Assembly (NCBI GenBank): GCA_050298055.1
Contig: JBNKTL010000005.1
Coordinates: 7,094-71,093 of the forward strand
DNA from: Spirochaetota bacterium
GTDB lineage: Bacteria; Spirochaetota; UBA4802; UBA5550
Length of the DNA stretch: 64,000 nt
Direction: 5' to 3'
Shown here: piece after piece, positions 1 to 9,715 of the stretch
How positions within the stretch are numbered: the stretch's first letter is position 1
Layout of the letters: each line of letters starts with the position of its first letter
Position numbers and translations under genes: made by a program
The notes under the pieces: model-generated
Told to the model about the DNA's origin: nothing
Databases searched by the model: none
Seen by the model: only the letters and a program-made list of their open reading frames with translations

Positions 1-251
1 GTGAGGGTTTTTTCCGGCGAAAGACCCAGCCTCTTCATGTCGATTTCCGTGTCCCGGGGTGACTGGATATCCACACCCTTTCTGAAGAGAGCACACACGG
101 AGAGGAGGCGGGCATACTCTTTACCCGAACGACTGTTGAAGAATGTTGATGGATTATTGATCCTGTAGGGGAAGATCGCCGTTTCGGCATACAGGTTTGC
201 TGCAGGAACAATTGCTATCGTTAAAACCAATGCTGTGAAGAGCTTTTTCAT
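1..251 (-). CDS. Exported hypothetical protein, 5' part only (runs off the window start)
   Basis: Hand translation from ATG at 251: MKKLFTALVLTIAIVPAANLYAETAIFPY..., signal-peptide-like, open to the window edge; not in ORF track. Confidence 0.7.
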   Translation of the reverse strand, partial: MKKLFTALVLTIAIVPAANLYAETAIFPYRINNPSTFFNSRSGKEYARLLSVCALFRKGVDIQSPRDTEIDMKRLGLSPEKTL

Positions 252-529
252 TTATCCGGTCCGTTTAAATAAAGGAACCTCTGTTTATTGAGGTACCCAT
301 AAGCTTATGCAAAGTAGTGTTATTAAGCTCTTTTTGCAAGGAAAATATTAGTTTCCGGTTTCCCGTTGAAACGGATACATTTTAAATTTCGGTTGAATAA
401 GATATCTCTTTACGGGGTCAAAGGGGTGAAACTCCTTAAAAGCCCCGCAGGGTACCTGCCATAAGCGTGCGAATTATTTTCCCCGAAAAATAATTCGCAC
501 TCGTTGAAACTTGCTTATTCAAATTATTC

Positions 530-558
530 TTGACATTCGGTAAAATTTATTTTAGAAT
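530..558 (+). promoter_or_regulatory. Sigma70-type promoter for the 607 lipoprotein operon
   Basis: TTGACA (530-535), 17 nt, TAGAAT (553-558); GGAGG RBS before ATG 607. Confidence 0.7.
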
Positions 559-606
559 TGTCACCATCACTGGATTAATTTTTGCTGTTTAAACCACGGA
601 GGTATT

Positions 607-888
607 ATGTATTCATTAAGAATTTTTGCTGCTGTTTTGACCATAGCTTTTCTTGCAGTTTCATGTCAGCCCAAGAAGAAGGCAATGACAATGGAAGACT
701 ATGTCAAGATCGATATGGAGATAACGTCTACCGATATGAAACCCGAAAGCAAGGAGAAGGTCGTTAAGAAATATGGCTATACCCTTGAACAGTTTGACGC
801 ATATGCAAAGAAGGTTGAGGCCGATCCGAAGCTCATCGAAAAGAGAGGAGAGTTGATGCTGGAAAAGCAAAAAACCGAGAAAAAGTAA
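607..888 (+). CDS. Small lipoprotein
   Basis: Lipobox-like LAVSC after a hydrophobic N-terminus; good RBS. Confidence 0.75.
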   Translation: MYSLRIFAAVLTIAFLAVSCQPKKKAMTMEDYVKIDMEITSTDMKPESKEKVVKKYGYTLEQFDAYAKKVEADPKLIEKRGELMLEKQKTEKK

Positions 889-891
889 TAG

Positions 892-2043
892 ATGGATATA
901 AGCTGTAAAAAGTGCGGGCAGAAGTACCATGTACCCGATGAAAAAGTGCATGACAGACGCCTCTACTTTAACTGTGAAAAATGTGGTTATAAAATAATCT
1001 TAGACCGGAGGGGGGAGAGCTGGTCGTCTTTTCGGGGGCTCTCCCTGGAAAGGTTTTCATCCAGGGACATTCTCGAGGGTGTATTCTACTCCTTTAATAT
1101 AAGAAATATTCTCTTCACCTTTTTCCTTCTGCTTATCTACACGGCCATAATATTTATCCTTTCGCTTCTCTTTACCAAGAACGCAGGTTTTATTACGGGC
1201 CATCCAGCCCTCTCTGTTTTTCTCATTTATCTCTTTGTCCTGCTGATGGTCTATTTCTTTGATATTCATCTCTACATGCTCTCAAAGAGCATATACCATG
1301 ATATCAGCTATAATGAGAACCTTTCGTTTTCATCAATTGCGCCGGAGATCAATAACGATATAAAGCCGGTATTCATTATCTCAATCGGTTTCATCATTCT
1401 CTTCAGTATCCTCTTCTTTCCGGTTTATCTTATGAAGAGTCATTACAGCCTTGTATACGAGGGGATTTTTCATATCATCAATCTTCTTCTTATTGCGGTG
1501 ATACTCTTTACTTCTTTCTTTAAAGGAATCATTTATTCATTCATTGCTTTCAGGGTAAGAACACCAAAGGAGAGTTTAAGGGGCCTCGCCGGTTTTTTTC
1601 GCATAGAAAACCTGAACATTCCCTTCTACTCTCTTTTAATCGGCGCTGTAAGCCTCTTTGTCTTCATTATTGCCGCTGTCCTTCTCGGGGGCGGTACCTT
1701 TGTCCTCTTCTCTCTTATTGCCCCCACTCTTGCCGGGGGAACAGGGATGCAGTTTGGGAAACTGCATACGGGGCCGTTGACCGGGGGGCTGGGGGATCTC
1801 ACCGCTTTCGCAGGAACACTTTTCGCGGGGAGCTCCGAGGGAATAACACTGGTCATACTCTCTACGGGCCTGGTCTTCCTGTTTCTCCTTTCCTATATGA
1901 TCAACCTCTACCAGTCACTCTCTTCGGTTGCTGTTTTCATTATGGAGAAGAACCCCGGAAGGAGCGTGAACAGGATCGCAATACTCCTGGTGGCGGTCCT
2001 CTTTGCCGCGGCAGTAAAGCTTGCGGTCTTTTTACTCAGGTAA
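892..2043 (+). CDS. Zinc-ribbon (MJ0042-like) domain multi-pass membrane protein
   Basis: N-terminal CxxC...CxxC (CKKC, CEKC) followed by many hydrophobic helices. Confidence 0.75.
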   Translation: MDISCKKCGQKYHVPDEKVHDRRLYFNCEKCGYKIILDRRGESWSSFRGLSLERFSSRDILEGVFYSFNIRNILFTFFLLLIYTAIIFILSLLFTKNAGFITGHPALSVFLIYLFVLLMVYFFDIHLYMLSKSIYHDISYNENLSFSSIAPEINNDIKPVFIISIGFIILFSILFFPVYLMKSHYSLVYEGIFHIINLLLIAVILFTSFFKGIIYSFIAFRVRTPKESLRGLAGFFRIENLNIPFYSLLIGAVSLFVFIIAAVLLGGGTFVLFSLIAPTLAGGTGMQFGKLHTGPLTGGLGDLTAFAGTLFAGSSEGITLVILSTGLVFLFLLSYMINLYQSLSSVAVFIMEKNPGRSVNRIAILLVAVLFAAAVKLAVFLLR

Positions 2044-2045
2044 TC

Positions 2046-2933
2046 TCAACTTTCAAGGCGAAGGAGCCTGGCGGCGTTTTCTCCCAGTATGTTCTTTTTC
2101 TGGTTTTCCGGCAGCCCGGTATTCTTCACCGAATCCATGTATCGTGAGAATTTCAGCAGGGGATAATCGCTTCCGAAGAGGATCTTTTCCGGGCCCACAA
2201 TATTAACGGCTATTTCATAAATATCGTCCCTGTAGAGGAAAGGGGAAGCAGCCGTGTCGTAATAGAAGTTTTTAAATGTTTTTTGAATTTCCGGCATCAG
2301 CTCATAAAAGAGAAGGCCCCCGCCCCAGTGCGCGAGGATCATCTCCACATCGCTGTACTCCTCAAAAAGGCCGTTGAGCCGGGGGAATTCAGGGTCATAC
2401 TTTCCCGGGTAATGGTGGCCCACAGGTTCGTTGACATGGAGACAGACGGGAAGTTTGTATTTTCGCGCGGAGTTCATCACATCATTGAGGTATTGGAGGT
2501 GCCCGTCGGTGAGGCCGTCGCTGTAGTACCCGATTTCGCCGATCCCGAAAAAACTGTTTTCACTGAAGTATCTTACATATCCTTCAACGTCCTTTGTGTC
2601 AAGAGGGACCGAACCGAAGGGAAGGATTTTCCCCTGAGACATCTCATATATTTCACTGAAGTAACTGTTCTCCTGGTCACAGAATTTACTCTCCTTCCAG
2701 GCAAAACCCATTGCCACGGCATGGTCAACGCCGGAACCATCCATGGCATTCATGAGAGCCCTGTGGTCCGCAAAGGTCACCCTGTCATTGGCGTAGAGGT
2801 GTCTGAAGTTATCATCACGAAGATATTTTTTTTTATCATCCGGGACTTTTTCCGAAAAGACATGAGTATGAGCATCGATAATCATTCTGTTTTCCTCTAT
2901 CTTCTCTTTTTTCACATTTAAATTTTCCTGCAA
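2046..2933 (-). CDS. Amidohydrolase_2 family metal-dependent hydrolase
   Basis: IDAHTH, GIGE, LAHWGGG, YDTAA, LFGSDYP motifs; true start may be the later Met (MIIDAHTH). Confidence 0.85.
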   Translation of the reverse strand: MQENLNVKKEKIEENRMIIDAHTHVFSEKVPDDKKKYLRDDNFRHLYANDRVTFADHRALMNAMDGSGVDHAVAMGFAWKESKFCDQENSYFSEIYEMSQGKILPFGSVPLDTKDVEGYVRYFSENSFFGIGEIGYYSDGLTDGHLQYLNDVMNSARKYKLPVCLHVNEPVGHHYPGKYDPEFPRLNGLFEEYSDVEMILAHWGGGLLFYELMPEIQKTFKNFYYDTAASPFLYRDDIYEIAVNIVGPEKILFGSDYPLLKFSRYMDSVKNTGLPENQKKNILGENAARLLRLES

Positions 2934-2955
2934 TCACTTTTTAAGTGTTTTTTGA

Positions 2956-3076
2956 GTAACGAATCAGCTACATATAAGAATAATTATATTCAATATAAAA
3001 ATTGCTGGTATGTCCCCGCCGCCAACGGCGGCGGGGACATACTGTTGATATTTTACCCAAAGAGCTGAGGAGTTAC
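2956..3076. mobile_element. MITE-like repeat, copy 1
   Basis: Ends GTAACGAATCAGCT / AGCTGAGGAGTTAC; central perfect 16-bp stem GTATGTCCCCGCCGCC-AAC-GGCGGCGGGGACATAC (3008-3042). Confidence 0.7.
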
Positions 3077-3155
3077 GTTTTTTTCTTGAAGAAAAAAAAT
3101 GATATGTATATGATGTTATGTGACTCGTTATTTACAGAAAACATGAGGTTCCCCT

Positions 3156-4166
3156 ATGAAAACTGTCTGGGGTGTTGAATGGCCCATAGCTACTCCCGTT
3201 GAGGCAATATTTGTTATTGTGGTGGTACTTCTGATACTCTTCATCTTCGTGGGTATCAGGTATTATGAAAGGCTTAAGAGCGAGAGGATACACGACACTC
3301 AGCTTTTCCTTTTCAGGCTGAAGAGAAAGGGGTTCTCAAACTTCCAGATAAAGATCATCAACAACATGGTTGAGATCCTCAGGCTGTCAAATATACTGGA
3401 TTTCTTAAACAACCCGGAACACTTCGATTCGGCGGCGGGAATGTTTCTCGCGTTCCTCAAGGAGAAAAAAGAGAGTGAAGAATCGCTCCTCTCAATATGC
3501 AGCGAGATGACCCTTATCCACGACAGGATCTTCTATCCTTCTCCCTACAGAAAACCCCTTTCCGGCATGAACGATATTGAGACCGGGCAGATACTCTATT
3601 TTTCAACGGAATTCAGGTATGTCTACATAGGCAAGGTTACGGGAAAAACCGGGACAGAGATCAGCATAAGAATCTATGAACCGAGAAAGAAACTCCAGCC
3701 CCTCTCCGGCGGAATAAGGATCGATGTATTCATGATACGGATCGGCGACGCGGAGTACAGCTTCACGACACAGACAAAATCTCTCGAAAAAAATATCCTG
3801 ACTATCGGCATGCCCGCTGACTATGTGAAAGAGAAGGAGTTCAGGCATCCCTATATCGATATTATCCTGCCCTGCAGCATCAGGACCGAAGAGACCGGCG
3901 CGGAGAGCAGGACAGATATTTTAAACGGGACCATTTTCAAGATCAATGAATATGAGGCGGTGGTGAGGGTGCAGAATAAGCTCAACTACCGGAAGAAGTA
4001 CTTTCTCGATTTTGAAATAGAAGGATATAAGACGGATATTCTCACACAGATCCTGGCAAACAGGACCGTGGAAGAGGAGAATATCCTCTACTATACCCTC
4101 AAGTTTGAAAAGCTCAGTGACGCCGCAAAGGAGGTCCTCTTAAAGTTCGTCAAGGACCATCTTTAA
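3156..4166 (+). CDS. Membrane-anchored YcgR/PilZ-like protein with degenerate c-di-GMP motifs
   Basis: N-terminal TM, then a layout resembling spirochaetal PilZ proteins; RxxxR and DxSxxG not conserved. Confidence 0.5.
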   Translation: MKTVWGVEWPIATPVEAIFVIVVVLLILFIFVGIRYYERLKSERIHDTQLFLFRLKRKGFSNFQIKIINNMVEILRLSNILDFLNNPEHFDSAAGMFLAFLKEKKESEESLLSICSEMTLIHDRIFYPSPYRKPLSGMNDIETGQILYFSTEFRYVYIGKVTGKTGTEISIRIYEPRKKLQPLSGGIRIDVFMIRIGDAEYSFTTQTKSLEKNILTIGMPADYVKEKEFRHPYIDIILPCSIRTEETGAESRTDILNGTIFKINEYEAVVRVQNKLNYRKKYFLDFEIEGYKTDILTQILANRTVEEENILYYTLKFEKLSDAAKEVLLKFVKDHL

Positions 4167-5035
4167 AAATAGTCGGGGAGTATTGCCTTCAGTTTTTTTA
4201 CCTGAGCGCTCTCCCTTTTCTCCTCAGAAGTTATCACCGCGTATTTTGACGCTTCTCTGCATCCGCAGTCCCTCTTTTCACCCAGGGAAAAGATAATTCT
4301 TTTCAGGACATTTTTCGCGTGGCTGGAGTTCGTGATCAGCCTGTCAATGACCATCTCAACAGAGACATGCTCTTCATCCTCCTTCCAGCAGTCGTAATCG
4401 GTGCTCATGCAGATCACCGAGTAGCAGATCTCCGCTTCCCGGGCAAGCTTGGCCTCGGGGAGTGTTGTCATGTTGATAATGCCCGCTCCCCATGACCGGT
4501 AGAGGTTGCTCTCCGCCACCGTTGAGAATGCCGGGCCCTCCATGCAGATAAGTGTTTCACCGGTATGCAGCTCTATCCCCTCGCCGGTAATTGCCGGTTT
4601 GAAAATATTGTGAAGCCTTTCACAGAAGGGATGACCGAAGGATACATGCCCGGCAACCCCGTTCCCGTAGAAGGAGCTCCCCCGTGATTTTGTCCTGTCG
4701 ATAACCTGGTTTGGAAGTATGAAATCCAGGGGCTTTATCTCCTCCTTAAGGCTCCCGCATGCGGAGAAAGCCACGATCTCCTCAACACCGGCCATCTTCA
4801 GCGCCGCGATGTTCGCCCGGTAGTTGACTTCCCCGGGAAGATGAACATGTCCCTTCCCGTGCCGGGGAAGGAAGGCGGCCTTTTTCCCTTCAATCTCCGC
4901 GATGACTATTTTGTCCGAGGGCTTTCCCCAGGGTGTGTCAATATCCCGTTCTTCAATGACCATGATGCCGTCAATTTCATAAAGGCCGGAACCGCCGATG
5001 ACGCCGATTTTTGCTTTGTTCACGATGTTCTCCAA
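4163..5035 (-). CDS. mtnP: S-methyl-5'-thioadenosine phosphorylase
   Basis: IGGSG, PRHGKGH, NYRANI, MEGPAFST, NMT, TDYDCW motifs. Confidence 0.92.
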   Translation of the reverse strand: MENIVNKAKIGVIGGSGLYEIDGIMVIEERDIDTPWGKPSDKIVIAEIEGKKAAFLPRHGKGHVHLPGEVNYRANIAALKMAGVEEIVAFSACGSLKEEIKPLDFILPNQVIDRTKSRGSSFYGNGVAGHVSFGHPFCERLHNIFKPAITGEGIELHTGETLICMEGPAFSTVAESNLYRSWGAGIINMTTLPEAKLAREAEICYSVICMSTDYDCWKEDEEHVSVEMVIDRLITNSSHAKNVLKRIIFSLGEKRDCGCREASKYAVITSEEKRESAQVKKLKAILPDYF

Positions 5036-5102
5036 ATTAAAAATTGATATTATTTCAGTATTAATTCCCGAACTTAATTTTAACTTAACTCTCTAAAGAT
5101 GA

Positions 5103-5127
5103 GCCACAGAGACACGGAGGCACAGAG
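5103..5127. repeat. Short 9-mer tandem repeat (CACRGAGRC-like, about 3 units)
   Basis: GCCACAGAGACACGGAGGCACAGAG in AT-rich intergenic DNA. Confidence 0.45.
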
Positions 5128-5254
5128 TTTTAATTTTGAAATAAATATCAGTGTTCAAGAATTATTTTTATTAAAATATATTCATGTGAATTTTTTCAAT
5201 AGAAAAATATGTTTTTTTCGCGGGTTATCACCTGCGGGGATTTGTCCGGGGGCA

Positions 5255-6016
5255 CTATTTTTTACTCTTTATTTCCTGTTTTTTCTGAGCAAAAATTTCA
5301 ATCCAGGGAGTTTTATTAAATATTTCTCTTGAAGCCTTTAAAAATTTATTTTTTACTTTGATACTATTTTTATATCCATAGTACTTTGCGGCATAAGATA
5401 AATTACCATCAAAAGGACTTTTTAATGAAATAAACATATCCCTTTTTGTTACTCTATCAAATTCTATTACGTTTTTTGGTGTAATTATTCTGCAGTATCT
5501 GTACTGCATCTCATCCGCGTATTTGTCTGAAAAATTTTTATTATCGGTAAGGGTAAAGCTACCCAGAAATTTTATTTCATTTTCTTTTATTTCAACTTCA
5601 GTGAGCTGAATTAGTTCTTTTGGGAAAAAGTATGTTTTATCCATGCTTATGAAACTGTTATATAAACCTCTCCCGTTATTATTTGAATCATCTTCAAAAA
5701 ATGCCGCAACTGCTCTATAGGTACCCGGTTCAACATTCATTAAATAATTGTATATACCATAATCAAAATTAGATTTGAAGATTTTATTTTTCCCGGGATC
5801 ATTTTTATCAATTTTTACAAAATAGACATTCAATGGCATCCACGCACATTCAAAATATGGCTCGTTAATAGATATTTCCAGACCTATTATTGACGTTCCC
5901 ATTTTTCTTTCAGGCATATCAATTCTCAATATTGACAAACAGCCATAATAAATCATTGAAAAACTGAGTATGACAATGCCGAGAGTGGTTTTGAATGACT
6001 TATTTTTGAAACTCAT
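5255..6016 (-). CDS. Hypothetical lipoprotein (AT-rich)
   Basis: Hydrophobic leader ending YYGC; 253 aa ORF. Confidence 0.7.
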   Translation of the reverse strand: MSFKNKSFKTTLGIVILSFSMIYYGCLSILRIDMPERKMGTSIIGLEISINEPYFECAWMPLNVYFVKIDKNDPGKNKIFKSNFDYGIYNYLMNVEPGTYRAVAAFFEDDSNNNGRGLYNSFISMDKTYFFPKELIQLTEVEIKENEIKFLGSFTLTDNKNFSDKYADEMQYRYCRIITPKNVIEFDRVTKRDMFISLKSPFDGNLSYAAKYYGYKNSIKVKNKFLKASREIFNKTPWIEIFAQKKQEIKSKK

Positions 6017-6452
6017 TTGTACTCTTGCTTTTGTTTTATAAAATGATAAAACACACCGGAATCTAATTGCTATTATTTTTTTTGGGATGTCAAATATTTT
6101 TTTTATAATTGTTCATTCCTTCTGTCCTCCATTTCCAGGATCTTCTTTAGGATTTTAATTAGTAGGCTCTGACCCCATGTTTGTTTGAAAATTCTTCTTT
6201 GCGCTTGCCTTCCCTGGCGCGCTTCTTTCTCTTTTATAGAACAATGTTTGCAGGAATGAACTGTTGTGAAAACGGCAGGCGCCTGCCGAATCAGGGGTGG
6301 GCAGGTAAGGAAGAGAGAAATGTGCTATGATGAATTAATCTTGACATTATGTGGTTAGATGGTACGGGTTGGGAGTGATGTGGTGTTTTTGATTAATAAG
6401 AAAATGAAGAGAAGTTTTTCATTATGCTATTTATTTTGGAGTTAAAGAAATA

Positions 6453-7046
6453 ATGAAAATAAAATATTCAATAATCTTGTTATTCTTTTTTATGATAAAT
6501 TCTTTATCTGCCGGTTCTTTTTATTCAGAAGAACCTGTTTATTATGACAATGATAACTGCTATATTGGAATAAAACCTAAAATTGAATCAGGATTTTTTT
6601 CTAAATCAAAAAAAATAACATATTATATATCAAATTATTTAATTTATAATACACTATCAAAATCAAATAAATATATATTTCTTCCTGACGAAAATCGTCA
6701 CATTACAAATTTAATATTTGAGAAAATTTATGATCAATCGAAAAAGAAAATAATATTCAATATTAATGCTGTAGATTCATATAGTGGAATTAAAATTTTA
6801 AATAATGATAATGTACAACCTCGTAAAACTTTGAACTACTTGCTTTTTGTTCAAACTATTGAAATGTCCAAAATAGAACCTGATGTTATTGAATTATGGA
6901 TTGCTGATAAGAATGGCAATAATCTCAAAAAGATAAGAAGATTGTTAAAAAATGAATCATGGCATATTGATGTAAAAAATCAAAAGCTAATTATTATTAA
7001 ACAAGATTATTTAAAGTCAAAAGTGATTGAATATTTGCTAAAATGA
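6453..7046 (+). CDS. Exported hypothetical protein (AT-rich)
   Basis: Signal-peptide-like N-terminus; GGAG upstream; 197 aa. Confidence 0.7.
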   Translation: MKIKYSIILLFFFMINSLSAGSFYSEEPVYYDNDNCYIGIKPKIESGFFSKSKKITYYISNYLIYNTLSKSNKYIFLPDENRHITNLIFEKIYDQSKKKIIFNINAVDSYSGIKILNNDNVQPRKTLNYLLFVQTIEMSKIEPDVIELWIADKNGNNLKKIRRLLKNESWHIDVKNQKLIIIKQDYLKSKVIEYLLK

Positions 7047-7092
7047 ATTGGTTTCTTCTAAATATATTAAACAATCCAACAGGTAATAGAAT

Positions 7093-7800
7093 ATGCGATA
7101 CGATAAATTCATGACATTGTCACTCATGACGTTGTCACTCATGACATTGTCACTCATGGCATTTATATTAAGTTGCTCTTTTACATCTGAGAAAATGAAC
7201 AATTTTGCGAAAAATATAATAGTAAAATATCCTGTCCAGTCAGTTGTCCTTATTCATCAAGATCCAAAGATAGGTGATTTTGCTATTTTAAAAGATGCAT
7301 CAAATAACTTCAAAATAACCTATGAGGTAATGGATATCTCCAATGACTTATTACATGTAAAACTATTAATAAAACAAAAACCTTCAGGTCCCTCATGTCA
7401 ATTTATCTCTTTCAGAGAATATTTTTATGAGCTTATAATAGATAGAAATGGAAAGGTGCAAAAAGCACTATTGGTCGACCCTGTTACAAAAGAAAAAACT
7501 GGCATCAAAATAAATAAAAGTAAAGAATCAGGAATAATTAAAGGAAAATTTGAAGATAATTTTATCCTAAAAACAGATACCGGGAATTATAAATCAAAAT
7601 TATTCTGGTCATTTGATAAAAAAAATAAAACATATCATGTGGCATTTTTAAGCAATGATGTTTATTTTGTTGTTGTCAAACTTATGACAATGAATGAAAT
7701 AGAATTTGAACAATTCAGGAAATTATCAAATACTGATAAGTCCTTATACAAAACAAATGATTCGCTTGTACTTTTTAAACAGGGTAACAGGAAAAAGTAA
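7093..7800 (+). CDS. Hypothetical lipoprotein with a tandem repeat in the signal peptide
   Basis: AGG RBS; (MTLSL)x3 then ILSC lipobox. Confidence 0.7.
   Translation: MRYDKFMTLSLMTLSLMTLSLMAFILSCSFTSEKMNNFAKNIIVKYPVQSVVLIHQDPKIGDFAILKDASNNFKITYEVMDISNDLLHVKLLIKQKPSGPSCQFISFREYFYELIIDRNGKVQKALLVDPVTKEKTGIKINKSKESGIIKGKFEDNFILKTDTGNYKSKLFWSFDKKNKTYHVAFLSNDVYFVVVKLMTMNEIEFEQFRKLSNTDKSLYKTNDSLVLFKQGNRKK
7111..7158 (+). repeat. 15-bp tandem repeat x3 (ATGACRTTGTCACTC)
   Basis: Units at 7111, 7126 and 7141 read directly; in frame. Confidence 0.9.
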
Positions 7801-7983
7801 TAATTTTCGGTTCAACACTTTATCTATGGAATTTCACAAGTAAATAATCACCTCTATTCTTCCCCCCCTCTCTCTTTGGCCAGAAGGTGAGGGCAGCAAA
7901 AATCTCCCAAATTACGTAAATTTCTTGAAATAAAATTAAGAGGGTAATAATCTAGGTCTTTATTTCGTTTCCAGGAGGATAAC

Positions 7984-9099
7984 ATGGATTCACAAAGCAG
8001 CGCAGGACTGGAGAAATTCGAACCGGAAAAGGAACTGAGCCTTGAAAAGTTCAGCTCTGAGGAGCAGGCCAGGGTCAGGGACATTGCCGGGCAGATAGAT
8101 ATTGAAGATTCACAGGCACTTGTTCAGTACGGGATCTCCGCCCAGAGCAATGTATCACAGTTCGCCGATACCATACTGACCCAGGTGAGGGCAAAGGACG
8201 CGGGCTACAGCGGTGAAATTCTTACCGACCTTATGCTCACGGTGAAGGATATGAAAGTCGATTCACTCTCATCGGGGAGTTTCCTCTCAAACATACCCAT
8301 AATCGGGTCAATGTTCGGGGGGATAAAAAAGTTTATCGCCCAGTTCGATTCAATCAGCGAACATATCGATGAAATCATTGATGAACTTACAAAGGCAAGG
8401 ATGCAGCTTCTCAAGGACATCACTCTCCTTGACCAGCTTTATGACAAGAACCACGATTACCTGAAGGAGCTTGACCTGCATATCATGGCCGGCGAGCTTA
8501 AGCTCAAGGAGATACAGGAGAAGACCCTTCCGGAACTCAGGGCAAAGGCCGAGAGCTCCAAGGACACCCTGGACGCCCAGAAGGTGCAGGACCTCAACCA
8601 GATGATCAATCGGTTCGAAAAAAAGCTCCATGACCTGAAACTGAGCAGGATGGTGGCCATACAGTCCCTTCCCCAGGTGAGGCTGATCCAGGGCAACGAC
8701 CAGGCACTTGTGGAGAAGATCCAGAGCTCAATCCTTAACACCATCCCCCTCTGGAAAAACCAGATCGTTATTGCAATCGGCCTTTTCAGGCAGAAGAAGG
8801 CACTTGAGCTCCAGAAGGAGGTCTCCGAGACCACCAACGACCTTCTCACAAAGAACGCCGAGATGATGAAGGAGAGCAGCATAGAGATCGCCAAGGAATC
8901 GGAAAAGGGGATTGTTGAGATTGAGACCCTGAAGACCGTCCACAACAACCTTATCGAGACCATTGAAGAGACTCTGAAGATCCAGAAGGAAGGAAAGGTC
9001 AAGAGGCAGGAGGCCGAGAAGGAGCTTACAAAGCTTGAAGATGACCTGAAAAGCAAGCTTACCCGGATACAGGGAGATGAGCTTCCCGCCGGGCAGTAA
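7984..9099 (+). CDS. telA: Toxic anion resistance protein, TelA family
   Basis: QYG..AQ, FEKKLHDLKLSR, KIQSSILNTIPLWKNQ motifs; AGGAGG RBS. Confidence 0.9.
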   Translation: MDSQSSAGLEKFEPEKELSLEKFSSEEQARVRDIAGQIDIEDSQALVQYGISAQSNVSQFADTILTQVRAKDAGYSGEILTDLMLTVKDMKVDSLSSGSFLSNIPIIGSMFGGIKKFIAQFDSISEHIDEIIDELTKARMQLLKDITLLDQLYDKNHDYLKELDLHIMAGELKLKEIQEKTLPELRAKAESSKDTLDAQKVQDLNQMINRFEKKLHDLKLSRMVAIQSLPQVRLIQGNDQALVEKIQSSILNTIPLWKNQIVIAIGLFRQKKALELQKEVSETTNDLLTKNAEMMKESSIEIAKESEKGIVEIETLKTVHNNLIETIEETLKIQKEGKVKRQEAEKELTKLEDDLKSKLTRIQGDELPAGQ

Positions 9100-9117
9100 T
9101 ATTCGGGAGTGTAATTC

Positions 9118-9666
9118 ATGAAAGTCCTGGTTCCCCTTGCAGAGGGATTTGAAGAGATTGAGGCCGTAACGGTTATTGATGTTCTGCGAAGAGCGGATAT
9201 TGAGGTTGTGGTCGCGGGTATCGGGGGCACCTCCGTTAAGGGCGCGCACCATATCCTGGTTACCGCGGAGAGTGAAATAGGCGGGATCCATGAGTCCGGT
9301 TTTGACGCGGTGGTCCTTCCCGGCGGAATGCCGGGAAGCGCGAATCTCAGGGATGACGGCAGGGTCCTTTCGATTATCAGGAGTATCCACGGGAGAAAGG
9401 GAATCGTCGCGGCCCTCTGCGCGGCGCCCATTGTCCTTGCGGAGGCCGGCGTTATTGATGAAAAGAATGTGACATGCTACCCCGGTTTCGAAAAGGAGCT
9501 CGGCGGCGCCAGTTATAGCCCCAAACCTGTTATTGTTGACGGTAATATTGTCACGGGAAAGGGCCCCGGATGCGCCATCCCCTTTGCCTTGAAGCTTGTG
9601 GAGATCCTCTCGGGGGAAGAGAGAGCCCGTGGGCTGAAGAACCAGATGCAGGTTTACTGGATGTAG
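9118..9666 (+). CDS. DJ-1/PfpI (YajL/ThiJ-like) glyoxalase/deglycase
   Basis: GFEEIEA, LPGGMPG, catalytic ALCAAP, GPG. Confidence 0.9.
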   Translation: MKVLVPLAEGFEEIEAVTVIDVLRRADIEVVVAGIGGTSVKGAHHILVTAESEIGGIHESGFDAVVLPGGMPGSANLRDDGRVLSIIRSIHGRKGIVAALCAAPIVLAEAGVIDEKNVTCYPGFEKELGGASYSPKPVIVDGNIVTGKGPGCAIPFALKLVEILSGEERARGLKNQMQVYWM

Positions 9667-9715
9667 GGGGGCCTCTCAAAAGAGCTTTTCCTTTTTCCCC
9701 TGGCGGTATATAAAG

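Noticed and set aside
5040..7850. AT-rich islet as an integron cassette array or prophage
   Set aside because: No attC-like sites recognised, mixed gene orientation, no integrase or phage genes.
8457..9431. 324-aa minus-strand ORF, and similar long shadows (2283..2921, 17123..17746, 19540..20190, 41263..41931, 42182..43066, 44117..44770, 52693..53436)
   Set aside because: Antisense to well-supported genes, no recognisable motifs; typical shadow ORFs.
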